The position numbers and the translations under genes were made by a program. 64,000 nucleotides of DNA from positions 114,020,001-114,084,000 of the forward strand of contig NC_086108.1 in NCBI RefSeq assembly GCF_963921235.1, read 5' to 3'. The notes below the pieces were generated by a model that worked only from the letters and a program-made list of their open reading frames with translations, had not been told where the DNA came from and made no database searches. Source of the DNA: Mobula hypostoma. Lineage: Eukaryota. Below, piece by piece: positions 11,825 through 25,390 of the stretch. The stretch's first letter is position 1, and each line of letters starts with the position of its first letter.

Positions 11825-14800
11825 GTCTAAACACTCATGGTGGGAGACCAAGAAGGCACAGCCTCAGGATAGAGGGGCACCCTTTCAAAACAAGGGTGGT
11901 GAGTTTGTGGAATTTGTTGCTACATGCAGCTGTGGAGGCCAGGTCACTGGGTGTATTTAAGGCAGAGGTTGATAGGTTCTTGATTGCACATGACATCAAA
12001 GGTTACTGGGAGAAGGCCGGGAACTGGGGCTGAGGAAGAGATAGAAAAAAGGGATCAGCCATGATTGAATGGTGGAGCAGACTCAATGGGCCAGATGGCC
12101 TAATTCTGCTCCCATGTCTTATGATCTAAACATTGTCTTTCTTCTGCCTCTCTCCCTTCTTGAAGAGTGCAGTGACATTTGCAATTTTCCAGTCTTCTGG
12201 AACTATTCCAGTATCTAGTGATTCTTGAAAGATCATTACTAATGCTTCCAGTATTGGGAAATGTAGGATAATGCATTTTGGTAAAAGGAGCAACAATGCA
12301 GACTATTATCTAAATGGGGAGAATTTATTATCTAAATGCGGAGGGACTTAGGAGTCCTTGTACAAGACTCCCAAAAGGTTAATTTACAGGTTGAGTCTGT
12401 GGTAAAGAAGGCAAATGTAATGTTGGCATTTATTTCAATGGGAATAGAATATAAAAACAAGGAGATAATGCTGAGCCTTTATAAGACACTAGTCAGGCCA
12501 CACTTGGAGTATATCAACAAATTTGGGCCCCACATCTCAGAAAGGTGTTGTCATTGGAGAGAGTCCAGAGGAGGTGCATGAGGATGATTCTGGGAATGAA
12601 GGGGTTAACAAATGAGGAGTGTTTGGCACCTTTGGGACTATACTCACTGAAATTTAGAAGAATGCCAGGGGGAGGTGGGGGAATCTCATTGGAACCTACT
12701 GAATGTAGAAAGGACTAGATAGGGTGGATGTGGAGAGGATGTGGGGGTATCCAGAACTAGAGGGCACAGCCTCAAAAATTGAGGGGGGGGGGAAATCCTT
12801 TAGAACAGAGGTAAGGAGGAATGTTTTTAGCCAGAGAGTAGTAAATCTACAGAATGCTTTGCTACAGACTGTGGGGAAGGCCAAGTCTATGCGTATATTT
12901 AAGGCAGAAGTTAATTGTTTCCTGATCGGTCAAGGCATCAAAGCATATTGTAAGAAGCCAGGTGTACGGGGTTGAGTGGGATCCGGGATCAGCCATGATG
13001 GAATGGTGGAGCAGACTCAATGGGCTGAATGGCCTAATTCTGCTCCTATATCTTATGGTCTCTTTTAGAACTCTGGGGTGAACACCATCTGGTCCAGGTG
13101 ACTTATCTACCTTCAGACTTTTCAATTTCCCAAGAACCTTCTCTCTAGTAATGGTAACTTCACACACTTCATGCCCTGTGACACCTGAAACTTCCTCCAC
13201 ATTGCTAGTATTTTCCACAGTAAAGACTGATACAAAGTACTTATTCAGTACATCCATCATTTCCTTGTTCCCCCATTACTACCTCTCCAGCATCATTTTC
13301 CAGCAGTCTAATATTCACTCTCACCTCTCTTTTACACTATGTATCTGAAGAAACTTTTGGTATCCTCTTTAATATTAGTGGCTTGCTTACTTTTCTATTC
13401 TACCTTTACCTTCTTAATGACCTTTTTTGTTGCCTTTTGTTGGTATTTGAAAGCTTCCCAATCCTCTAACTTCCCACTGATCTTTGCTCTATTATATGCC
13501 CCCTTTTTGGCTTTTATGTTGTCTTTGACATCCTGCTAGCCATGGTTGTGTCATCTTTCCTTTAGAATATTTCTTCCTCTTTGGGATGTTTGTATCCAAA
13601 TTGCTTGCAGAAATTCCAGCCATTGGTGCTCTGCCGTCATCCCTGTCAGTGTTCTTTTCCCACCAATTCTGGCTAACTCCTCTCTCATGCCTCTATAATT
13701 CCCTTTACTCCACTGTCATACTGATACATCTGATCTGATTGTAACTTCTCTTCCTCAAATTTCAGGGCAAATTTGATCATATTATGATTATAATCTCCCT
13801 TAATCTCTCTAAATCAATTCTGGTTCATTGCACAACACCCAATCCAGAATAGCTGATCCTCTTATGGGTCAACCACGAGCTGCTCTAAAAAGCCATCTCA
13901 TAGGCACTTTAGAAATTCCCCTTCCTGGAATCCAGCACCAACTTGATTTTCCCAATCTACCTACATATTGATTTTTTTTTAGATTATGAAGACACGCAGT
14001 CCTCTTTTATTGTCATTTAGTAATGCATGCATTAAGAAATGATACAATATTTCCTCCGGTGTGATATCACAAAACATAGGACAGACCAAGACTGAAAAAA
14101 CTGACAAAACCACATAATTATAACATATAGTTACAAACAGTGTAACAATACCATAACTTGATGAAGAAGTCCATGAGCACAGTGAAGTTCAAAGTCTCTC
14201 AAATGTCCCACATCTCACACAGACGGGAGAAGGAAGAAAAACTCTCCCTGCCATGCTGACCACAATCCGACTCTGAGTCATCCGAAAACTTCAAGCTCTG
14301 ATCAGCTTTCCGACACCGAGTACTGAGTGCCATCTCTGTCCGAATGATTCGATCTCCTTCTCGGTCGCCAAAAGCAGGCAAGGCCGGGGATTTTGAGGCC
14401 TTCCCTCCAAAAGATTCCCGACCACGCAGTAACAACAGCAGTGAACGAGCGTTTCAGAAATTTTTCCAGATGTTCCTCTGTGCTTTTACGTCCATTCTCC
14501 ATCAAATCAGAATTGTCCACGGCCCCTATTTAACAGATACGATATCATTTTTCACCGGAGAGCTATTCACGCACGGCGTGCTGTTCTCTCTCCTCTCTCT
14601 CTGACCCCATGATTATTGTAACATTACCCTTTTAGCATGCATTTTCTATCTCCCATTGTAATTTGTAGGCAACATCCTTACTACTGTTTGGGGGGGCGGT
14701 CTATATATAACTCCCATCATGGTCTCTTTACTGTTAGCGACAATGATTCAACACCTTCTAGCCCTATGTCACCTCCTTTCTAATGATTTGATTTCATTTT

Positions 14801-16025
14801 TTAACCGACGGAGCAAGGCCACTTCCTCTGCCTTCCTGCCTCTCCTTTCAATACAATGTGTATCCTCGGACATTAAGCTCCCAGCTATAATCTTCTTTCA
14901 GCCATGATTCAGTGATACCTACAACATCATGTCTGCCAATATGCATCTGTGCTGCAAGTTCATCTACCTTATTCCATATGCTGCGCATTCAAATACAACA
15001 CCTTCACTTCTGTATTCATCCTTTTTGATTTTTTTATCCAGCTTTTATGTTGAAACTCATCCTGTTAACTGCAATTTTGCCCTATCAACAGCCTACCTTA
15101 CAAGGATGTTGCCTGAATTGGGGAGCATGCCTTATGAGAATAGGTTGAGTGATCTCAGCCTTTTCTCCTTGGAGCGACGGAGGATGAGAGGTGACCTGAT
15201 AGAGGTGTACAAGATGATGAGAGGCATTGATCATGTGTATAGTCAGAGGCTTTTTCCCAGGGCTGAAATGGTTGCCACAAGAAGACACAGGTTTAAGGTG
15301 CTGGGGAGTAGGTACAGAGGAGATGTCAGGGGTAAGTTTTTTACGCAGGGAATGGTGAGTGCGTGGGATGGGCTGCCAGTGACGGTGGTGGAGGCGAATA
15401 CGATAGGGTCTTTTAAGAGACTCCTGGATAGGTACATGGAGTTCAGTAAAATAGAGGGCTATGGGTAACACCAGGTAATTTCTAAGGTAAGGACATGTTC
15501 AGCACAGCTTTGTGGGACGAAGGGCCTGTATTGTGCTGTAGGTTTTCTATGTTTCAATGTTACCTATTGCTTCTGTAAACCAGCTACCTCATTTTCAGCA
15601 TTGCCTTTCCTATGATATTGTATACTCTGGAATTTAGAAGGCTGAGAGGGGATCTTATTGGAACATATAAGATTATTAAGGGATTGGACATGCTGGAGGC
15701 AGGAAGCATGTTCCCGCTGATGGGTGAGTCCAGAACCAGAGGCCACAGTTTAAGAATAAGGGATAGGCCATTTAGAACGGAGTTGAGGAAAAACTTTTTC
15801 ACCCAGGGAGTGGTGGATATATGGAATGCTCTGCCCCAGAAGGCTGTGGAGGCCAAGTCTCTGGATGCTTTCAAGAAAGAATAGGATAGAGCTCTTAAAG
15901 ATAGCGGAATCAAAGGTTATGGGGATACGGCAGGAACTGGATACTGATTGTGGATGATCAGCCATGATCACAGTGAATGGCGGTGCTGGCTCGAAGGGCC
16001 AAATGGTCTACTCCTGCACCTATTT
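11825..16025. mobile_element. Cluster of nested CR1 fragments in both orientations
   Basis: SLYKTLVRPHLEY; KSPGPDGVHPR; SLERRRMRGDLIEVYK; LEFRRLRGDLI. Confidence 0.85.
13972..14600 (-). mobile_element. Second copy of the 6090-6790 retroposon family
   Basis: Shared segments such as ggacaattctgatttgatggaga and gtgatatcacaccggag; poly(T) at 13972. Confidence 0.7.
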
Positions 16026-16069
16026 ATATTTCTTGCATTAGAATATAGGCAGCTTAGGGCACTAGTCAG

Positions 16070-17100
16070 ACCTTGCTAAACCTTTGGATTCCCAACTGTC
16101 TGAGGTCTGACCAACATCTGCCTCCACAACCTCTCCACTAACTGTTCTGGTTCCCATCCCCCTGCAACTCCAGTTTAAACCCCACTGTCCAGCATTAACA
16201 AACCTTCCCGCTAGGATGTTAGATCCCCTCCAGTTCAGGTGTAAGTTGTCCCTTCTGTACAGGTCCCACCTTCCCTGAAAGAGAGCCCAATGATACAGAA
16301 ATCTTATGCCTTCCCTCCTACACTAACTCCTTACCCACGCTTTGAACTATATAATCTTCCTAGTTCTGGCCTCACTAGCTCATGGCATGGGTAGCAATCC
16401 TGAGATCACAACCCTGGAGGTCCTGCCCTTTCACTTAGTACCTTGCTCCCTATGCAGAACCTCGTCACTTGTTCTACCCGTGTCATTGGTACCCACAAGG
16501 ACCACAGCCTCTGGCTATTCACCCTCCCACTTAAGAATGCTGAGGACTTGATCCGAGATGTCCCAGACCCTGGCAACTGGGAGGCAACATACCATCCGGG
16601 AATCTCATTCTCACCCACAAAGCCTCCTGTCTGTTCCCCTAACTAACAAATCTCTATCACCACAGCGTGCCTCCTCTCCTCCCCTTCCCTTCTGAGTCAC
16701 AGAGTCAGACTCAGTACCGGAGACCTGACCACTGTGACTTTCCTCTGTTAGGCCCCCGCCACAGTACCCAAAGTGATATACAATATCCAATATGCAAAGT
16801 GACATACCTGTTGTGGAGGGGGCGGCCACAGGGGTACTCTGCACTGGCTCCTTAACCACTTTCCCCTTCCTGACTGTCACCCAGTTTCCTGTGTCCTGCA
16901 CCTTGGGTGTAACTACCTCTCTATATGTGTGATCTATCACCCCTTCAGCCTCCTGAATGATCCTGAGTTCACCCTGTTCCAGATCCCACTCCTTAACACG
17001 GTTCATGAGAAGCTGCAGCTGGATGTACCTCGCAGTTGAAGTCGTCAGGGACACTGGAGATCTCCCTGCCTTCCCACATCCCACAAGAGGAGCATTGCAC
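16070..17100 (-). mobile_element. CR1 ORF1 (esterase) fragment
   Basis: Homologous to 56842-57330 and, in reverse, to 19723-20545. Confidence 0.8.
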
Positions 17101-19082
17101 TATCCTGCCTGTCATCGCTACTGTCCTAGCTGGGCAGACATAGAGAAGGAAAAACACTCCAGCTTTTCTTTGCTTTGCATTCTCTGACTGAAACCTCTCT
17201 TTGTTGAAGGCTTGAAGAGCTGAAGCCTCAAGATCACCACTCTGACTCTGCCCACTCAGACAACTGCCACTGCTCTTGCCTCGTCTTCCTTTAATTTGCT
17301 CTTACTAGTCAATCCCGGCGCTGACCGGTCACCGGTTAAAGCTCTATCACGATGCCGTCACCTGCTGCCGCCTTTTATCCCCGGGCAGTGGACCTGATTG
17401 AAGTCCCCTCCTCTCCAAACTTCTGATGTCCAGATTGGTTGCTGGTCAAAGTGCTATCACTGCAAACAATGAAGAAACGAGCCAAGGCACGGCTGTCTTG
17501 AGGGTTGAGGAGAGCAGATGTGATGTGATGTAATGTCAGGGCAGGATGGCACGGAGGCTGAGGAAATTATCTCCAAGCTTGAGTACAGCCCATGGGCTAT
17601 GCCAGTGATTCCCAGCAGCCAAGGATGGGTCTGTCAGGATCTGTGGTGATTTTTAGGTTGCTGTCAACCCAGCAGATAAATAGCCTTCAGAATACAGGAC
17701 ATTTTTGAAAACCTTTCTGGAGGAAAACACTTCAGCAAAGTGGACTTAGCTGAGGCCGACCTACAGATGGAGATGGAAGAAAAGTCCAAAGTGTTTCTCA
17801 CCATAAACCCTCAAAAAGGGCCTTATTGCTCCAAGGCTTATTTTTTTTGAGTAGCATCTGCACCAGCACCATGGCCAGGTGCTGAAGGGCTGACCAGGCA
17901 CTCAGTGTTACCTGGAAGACATCATTGTTACCGGTAGGGATGACAAGGAACTTCTCCAAAATCTCAAGACTGCGTTAAAAAGATTAGAAGATTAAGGGCT
18001 CGGAGCATGATGCAAAGTGTGAATTCTTTAAACCAAGCATCACTTACTGTGGTCCCACCATTGACACATAAGCATTTATACAACTATTGCTGAGAAAACT
18101 CGAGCAGTGGTGAATTTCCTAAGGTGAAAGGAGGTGTCACAGTTGTGGCCCTTTTTAGGATTTGTCAATTACTATAACAGGTTCCCGCCAAACCTGGTTA
18201 CTGTGCTCCACTCCTTGAATTCATTATTACGGATTGGGAAGAAATGGCAATGGGGAAAGCAGTGTGAGGTGGGTCTCTAAAAGGTAAAAGAAGTGGCGAC
18301 GTCAGGCACTGTACTCACACATTATGACCCATGTTGTCCGGTGAAGCTTGCCTGTGAGGCCTCACCTTATGGTACAGATGCAGCCACGTCACGTTATGAT
18401 ATAAGTGAACGCCCTGTAGTACACACAGATTGACAGAGAGGCCTTGAGTCTGGTGCGGGGTGTAAAACGTTCCCACTAGTATTTGTATGGGAGAGAGTTT
18501 AGCCTCATTACTGATCATCAACCACTAGCGTCCAAATTCAATCCACAGATGAGTGTTCCACTAACAGCAGCAATACCAATGCAGAGGTGGTTCTGTTTCT
18601 CAGAGGACACAATTACACGATCAAATTCAGGAGGACAATTAATCATGGAAAAGCTGATGGATTGCCCATTTACCTTGGAAAAGGAAATGGGTGAAACATT
18701 TACAAAATAGGACACTTTTATTGTATTCTCCTTACAAATTGGAAGACTCCCCATCACAGAAATGACCCAGAGGTTGTTTCACAGCCACGCGTGTCACTGC
18801 CTCACCTGCCAAGCAGAGTGACCCCCCCCCCCCAGCCAAATTCAGGAAAGACATTATCCCCAAAAGAGTAAGCAATCCTCTCCACAATTAAATCTTAAGG
18901 CCTGAATGGGACCATTTAAAATTGACTAGGCTGTGGATTTCTAAATACAGCTCGCAGTAGCTGTATTATACAGTATATGTTCTATTTATATAAGTTGAGA
19001 TGCATTCTCTATCATGTTGGTTTATAGTTAAGCAGGGAGGATTGTTGTGTTTTAGCATTTCAGTAATATTTGTGTAATGTTG

Positions 19083-19661
19083 TGTAACACCCTGGGAAAG
19101 GTTTCATTGCTGACGTAATAGTCTTTCTGTTGAAGCAGTGTTTGGGTTATGGTTAGAGATAACAGGTGCGTTGGAATGGGAGCTGTCCAGTGAAGGGATG
19201 GTGTTTTCGTGTTGTGTGCCAGGGTGAGCTGGGTCTTTTGTTCAGCCGGAGACGAAGGGAGAAGACTCTGGCAAGAAGAGGTCGTAGGACTCGACCCAGA
19301 GCGGGACCATGTCCGATGAAGCCCGGGGAGATCGAAGGAGGATCGGTGAAGGGAAAACCGTGAGCTCCAACTTGTGCACACTACACTGTTCCATTAAAAT
19401 GGGCCCTTTTCTTTTTTTAACCTTTTCTCTTTTTCTTTTCTAACCCTTTCGTCAAATTAAGAATTATAAAGCTAAATCATTTAATTGTATGCGGTGTGCT
19501 GTTATTTCATGGTACTTATGTGTGACAGGCTAATGAATCACGCAGCATCCACATGGGGGAATTCATGGGGGGTGGGGGCTCACACCCCAATCTCACACGA
19601 TTGGCGAGGCCAGAGATGGTCTTTTCTTGGCTTATGCAGCCGATAGAACCAGAGTGTTTCA
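19083..19661. mobile_element. Solo LTR (TG...CA, 579 bp) with 4-bp TSD GTTG
   Basis: tgtaacac...gtgtttca imperfect inverted ends; gttg at 19079-19082 and 19662-19665. Confidence 0.8.
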
Positions 19662-19722
19662 GTTGTAAATATATCATTTGATTAAGCATCCTTTATTGAA
19701 ATAATTATATGTTATATAGAGA

Positions 19723-20545
19723 AGTAGGTGCAGGACACAGGAAACTGGGTGACAGTCAGGAAGGGGAAAGGGGTTAAGGAGACAGTGCAGAGTACCCCTG
19801 TGGCCATCCCCCTCAACAACAGGTATATCACTTTGGATACTGTTGGGGGGTAGGGGATGGCCTAACAGAGGAAAGTCACAGTGGTCGGGTCTTTTGGGTT
19901 TCTGTGACTCGGAAGGGAAGGGAGGAGAAGAGGCACACTTTGGTGATCGGGGAATTGTTAAGTTAGAGGAATGAACATGAGGTTCTGTGGATGAGAACGA
20001 GATTCCCAGATCGTATGATTCCTTCCAGATGCCAGGGTCTGGAACATCTTGGATCGAGTCCTCAGCATTCTTAAGTGGGAGGGTGAACAGCCAGCAGTCG
20101 TAATCCACGTAGGTATTGATGGCATGGGTAGGACGAGTGACGAGGTTCTGCATAGGGAGTTCAGGGAGTTAGGTGCTAAGTGAAAGGGCAGGACCTCCAG
20201 GGTTGTGATCTCAGGATTGCTACCTGTGCCACGTGCTAGTGAGGCCAGAACTAGGAAGATTATACAGTTTAATATGTGGCTAAGGAGTTGGTATATGAGG
20301 GAGGGGGAGGGCATAAGATTTTTGGATCATTGGGCTCTCTTCCAGAGAAAGTAGAACCTGAACTGGAGGGGGACTGATAACATAGCAGGAAGGTTTGTTA
20401 ATGCTGCACGGTGGGCTTTAAACTAGAGTTGCAGGGGCATTGGAACCAGAGTGTCAGAACAGTTAGTGGAGAGGTTGTGGAGGAAGATGTTGGCAAGACC
20501 TCAGACAAAGTCAGGAATTAAAAAGTTGAGCATGGTGTGACCAGA
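19723..20545 (+). mobile_element. CR1 ORF1 fragment
   Basis: Decayed esterase ORF1 (PGARVWNILDRVLSILKWEGEQP-like). Confidence 0.8.
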
Positions 20546-21455
20546 ACATAGAACATAAATCCACAGCACATTACAGGCCCTTCGGCCCACAATATTGGGC
20601 TGACCATGTAACTTACTCTAGAAACTGCCTAGAATTTCCCTAGCACATAGCCTCTATTTTTCTAAGCTCCACGTACCTACCGAAGAGGTTTTTTAAAAGA
20701 CCCTATCGTATCCGCCTCCACCACCGTCGCCGGCAGTGCATTCCATGCACCCACCACTCTGTGTGAAAAACTTACCCCTGACATCTCCTCAGTACCTATT
20801 TCCAAGCACCTTAAAACTATGCATCCTCCTGTTAGCCATTTCAGCCCTGGGAAAAAGCCTCTGGCTATCCACACGATCAATGCCTCTCATCATCTTATAC
20901 ACCTCTATCAGGTCACCTCTCATCCTCCGTCATTCCAAAGAGAAAAGGCTAAGTTCACTCAACCTATTCTCATAAGGCATGCTCCCCAATCCAGGCAACA
21001 TCCTTGTAAATTTCCTCTGCACTCTCTCTATAGTATCCACATTCTTCCTGTAGTAAGGTGACCAGAACTGAACACAGTTCTCCAAGTGGGGTCTGACCAA
21101 GGTCTTATATAGCTGTACCATTACCTCACGGTGCTTGAACCCAGTCCCATGGTTTATGAATGCCAACACACCATATGCCTTCTTAACAACACTGTCAACC
21201 TGGGCAGCAGCTTTGAGTGCCCTATGGACATGGACCCCAAGATCTCTCAGATCCTCCACATTGACAAGAGTCTTATCATTAATATTATATTCTGTCTTCA
21301 ATTTGACCTACCAAAATAAACCACTTGACACTTAACTGGGTTGAAGTCCATCTGTCACTTCTCAGCCCAGTTCTGCACCCTATCAATGTCCCACTGTAAC
21401 CTCTGACAACCCTCCAAATCATTCACTACACCCTCAATCTTTCTGGCATCAGCAA
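20545..21455 (-). mobile_element. CR1 3' fragment
   Basis: ORF 20930..21301 LYKTLVRPHLENCVQFWSP. Confidence 0.88.
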
Positions 21456-21459
21456 ACGT

Positions 21460-22505
21460 GCAGCGATCCAGATCAACAGGTTTACTTTACACCATCAGGA
21501 TAGATCTATAGATCTCAAAAGCAGAGGTGGAGGAATATTCCTCATGATCAACTTTTCTTGGTGCACAAATATATCAGTACTGTCCCAATTCTGCTCACCA
21601 GGCCTGGAATATCTAGCAGTAAAGTGCTGTCCTTTTCATTCACTGCGGGAGTTCTCCGGGGTCATTTTGGTAGCGGTTTACATTCCACCTCAGGCCAATG
21701 TCAAACAGGCTTTAGATGATCTGAGTAATGGGATCAACATGCACAAAATAGCGCACCCTAATGCCTTCACCGTCGTTTTGGGAGATTTTAACCAGACTAT
21801 TCTGAAAAAAAAATCACTAAGCAATTACCATCGACAGATCACTTGCAATACCAGAGGAAGCAACACACTGGACCATTGCTACACCACCATCAAGAATGCC
21901 TACTGTGCTATTCCATGCCCTCAGTCTGATCACCTGGCTGTCTTCTACTCCCTGAGTATAGACAGAGACTGAAGACTGCAGCACCAGTAGTGAGGACCAA
22001 GAAGGTTTGGACAAGGGAAGCACAGGAGTGCTTACAGGACTGCTTTGAATCAGTGAACTGGACTATATTCAGGGATTCATCTTTGAACCTGGATGAGTAT
22101 GCTGCAGTTGTTACCGACTTCATTAAAACCTGTGTGGATGAGTGTGTGCCCACAAAGACTTCCTGTACATTCTCAAACAAAAAGCCGTGATGAACCAGGA
22201 GGTATGTCATCTTCTGAAGGCTAGATCTGTGGCAATCAAGTCTGGCAACCCAGGCCTGTACCAGAAAACCAGGTATGATTTGCAGAGGGCTATTTCAAGG
22301 GTGAAGCAACAGTTTCAAATGAGGTTGGAGGTGACATCGGATGCATGGCAACTCTGGCAGGGTGTTCAAGAAATTACTTCACAACCAGATGAACTCAACA
22401 CCTTCTACAACCGCTTTGAAAGGGAGAACACAACTACAGCTGTGAAGATCCCTGATGCACCTGATGATCCTGTGATCTCCGTCTCAGAGGCCGATGTTAG
22501 ACTGT
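21460..22505 (+). mobile_element. Rex/Babar-like LINE endonuclease region
   Basis: VILVAVYIPPQA...LGDFNQ...TRGSNTLDHCY. Confidence 0.8.
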
Positions 22506-22539
22506 TAGAAAATGTTGCCTGGATTGGACAGTGAGCCAA

Positions 22540-23397
22540 AAAATTCTATTCAAAAGGTTCAAAGGAACATCCAAACAAGCCTGATGCATTTTGGAAACAG
22601 GTCCTGTGGACTGATGAAGTTAAAATAGAACTTTCTGGTCGCAATGAGCAAAGGTATGTTTGTAGAAAAAAGGGTGCAGAATTTCATGAAAAGAACCCAT
22701 CTCCAACTGTTAAGCACAGGGGTGGATCGATCATGCTTTGGGCTTGTGTTGCAGCCAGTGGCACGGGGAACATTTACTGGTAGAGGGAAGAATTAATTCA
22801 ATTAAATACCAGCAAATTCTGGAAGCAAACATCACACTGTCTGTTTAAAACAAAAAGCTGAAGATGAAAAGAGGATGGCTTCCACAACAGGATAATGAAC
22901 CTAAACACACCTCAAAATCCACAATGGACTACCTCAAGAGGTGCAAGCTGAAGGTTTTGCCATGGCCCTGACAGTCCCCCGACCTAAACATCATCGAAAA
23001 TCTGTGGATAGACAAATGAACAGTGCATGCAAGACAGCCCAAGAATCTCACAGAACTAGAAGCCTTTTGCAAGGAAGAATGGGTGAAAATCCACCAAACA
23101 AGAACTGAAAGACTCTTAGCTGCCTACAGAAAGCGTTTACAAGCTGTGATACTCGCCAAAGGTGGTGTTACTAAGTACTGACCATGCAGGGTGCCCAAAC
23201 TTTTGCTTCGGGCCCTTTTCCTTTTTTGTTATTTTGAAACTGTAAAAGATGGAAATAAAAAAAGTTTTCTTAAAATATTAAAGAAATGTGTCATCTTTAA
23301 CTTTATGCCTTTTGGAAATCAGTTCATCTTTTACTTGCTTAGCTATTCACAGTAACAGAAATTTTGACCGGGGTGCCCAAACTTTTACATGCCACTG
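22540..23397 (+). mobile_element. Tc1 transposon, 3' half (DDE transposase remnant + right IR/DR end)
   Basis: VLWTDEVKIEL, TVKHRGGSIMLW, QQDNEPKH and SPDLNIIENLW motifs; ends ...ccactg followed by TA. Confidence 0.9.
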
Positions 23398-23577
23398 TAT
23401 ATGTGGTAGTGGTGGCAACCATGGCTGCATTTCTCCTGGCTCTCTTCTGCTGTCTCCTGGTTGTTCTTTCCATTTCCAGAATACAAACTCTGTCCCTACA
23501 CAGCTGTCACCAAGTGGTACGGTCAGCAACAACATCCTCCAGGTCTTCTGATCTCTGATCTTGCACTTCCTGGCACT

Positions 23578-24352
23578 CAACATCAGTAAGACAAAAGAGC
23601 TGATTGTGGACTCAGGAAGGATAAGACGAAGGAACACATACCAATCCTCATAGGGGGATCAGAAGTGGAGAGAGTGAGCAGCTTCAAGTTGCTGGGTGTC
23701 AAGATCTCTGAGGATCTAACCTGGTCCCAACATATTGATGTAGTTTTAAAGAAGGTAAGACAGCAGCTATACTTCATTAGGAGTTTGAAGAGATTTGACA
23801 TGTCAACGAATACACGCAAAATCTTCTATTGTTGTACTGTGGAGAGCATTCTGACAGGCTGCATCACTGTCAGTTATGGAGGGGCTACTGCACAGAACCA
23901 AAAGAAGCTGCAGAAGGTTGTAAATTTAGTCATCTCCATCTTGGGCACTAGCCTACAAAGTATGCAAGACATCTTTAGGGAGCGGTGTCTCAGAAAAGCA
24001 GCGTCCATTATTAAGGACCTCCAGCACCCAGGGCATGTCCTTTTCTCACTGTTACCATCAGGTAGGAGGTACAAAAGCCTGAAGGCACACACGCAGCGAT
24101 TCAGGAACAGCTTCTTCCCCTCTGCCATTCGATTCCTAAATGGACATTGAATCTTTGGACACTACCTCACTTTAAAAAAAAAACAGTATTTCTGTTTTTG
24201 CATGTTTTAAAAAAAATCTATTCAATATATGTAATTGATTTGTTTATTATTATTTATTTATTTTTTTCTCTGCTAGATTATGTATTGCATTGAACTGCTG
24301 CTGCTAACAAATTTCACGTCACATGGCAGTGAAAATAAACCTGATTCTGATC
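23578..24352 (+). mobile_element. Rex/Babar-like LINE 3' end
   Basis: ORF 23665..24150 FKLLGVKISEDLTWSQH...RFRNSFFPSAIRFLN. Confidence 0.8.
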
Positions 24353-24354
24353 TT

Positions 24355-25390
24355 ACTAACTTCTTACTACTTCTTCATCCAGGTCATTTATAAAAAAAAT
24401 CACAAAGAGGAAGGGTCCCAGAACAGATCCCTGTGGAGCACCGCTGGTCACCAATCTCCATGCGGAATACAAACCATCCACAACCACCCTTTGCCTTCTG
24501 TGGGCAAGCCAATTTTGGATCCACAAAACAAGGTCTCCTTGGATCCCATACCTTCTTACTTTCTGAAGGGAACGTCATCAAATGTCTTACTGAAATCCAT
24601 GTACACTACATCCACTGCTCTACCTTCATCAATGCACAACCTGTCCTTGACAAAGCCATGCTGTACACCCCTAATCAGATTATGCTTCTCCAAATGCTCA
24701 TAAATCCTGCCTCTCAGGATCTTCTCCAACAACTTGCCCACTACCGAAGTCAGCCTCACTGGTCTAATGACACCTGGGTTATCTCTACTCCCTTTCTTGA
24801 ACAAGAGAACAACCTTTGCAACCCTCCAATTCTCTGGTATTTCTCCTATCCCTATTGTTGAAGCAAAGATCATCACCAGAGGGTCCCATCCAGTCCTGGT
24901 GCCTTATCTAACCTAATGCTTTTCAAAAGCTCCCCACAATTGCCAAGGTCTTTTCCCCTGATGAATACTGAAGCAAAGTATTCATTAAGTACTTCTACTA
25001 CCTCCTCCAGCTCCCGGTTAGGACTGTATTCTTTAGAACTTAGAAGATTGAGAGGAGATTTGATAGAAGTATGTTAAATTATTAGGGGTATAGATACGGT
25101 AAATGCAAGCAGGTTTTTTCCAATGAGATTGGGTGGGACTGCAACCAGAGGTTATGAGGAAAAACTCTTCACTCAGAGTCATGAGAGCATGGAATGAGCT
25201 GCTGACACAAGTGGTGAATGCTTGCTCCATTTCTATATTTAAGAGAAACTTGGATAGGTACATGGGTATTAGGGGTATGGAGGGCTATGGTCCTGGTGGA
25301 GGTTGATGGGAGGAGGCAGTTTAAATGGATTTGGCATGGACTAGATGGACCGAAGGGCCTGTTTCTGTGCTGTACTTTTCTATGACTCTG
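24355..25390. mobile_element. CR1 fragments
   Basis: IPENWRVAKVVLLFKKGSR; CR1 tail. Confidence 0.8.

Larger units (their letters stand above)
10934..19720 (+). mobile_element. Decayed Gypsy LTR retrotransposon split by many insertions (5' LTR ~10934, gag ~11280-11820, pol ~17530-18760, PPT + 3' LTR ~19031-19720)
   Basis: gag-like LTFKRAVEIAVSMETTARDA; RT KDGSVRICGDF, FSKVDLAEA, YLEDIIVTG; RNase H FSLITDHQPL; LTR motif ttag.atttcagtaatat at both ends. Confidence 0.8.

Noticed and set aside
16070..20545. Large inverted repeats flanking Gypsy pol as a composite element
   Set aside because: The arms are diverged CR1 ORF1 fragments, most simply independent insertions.
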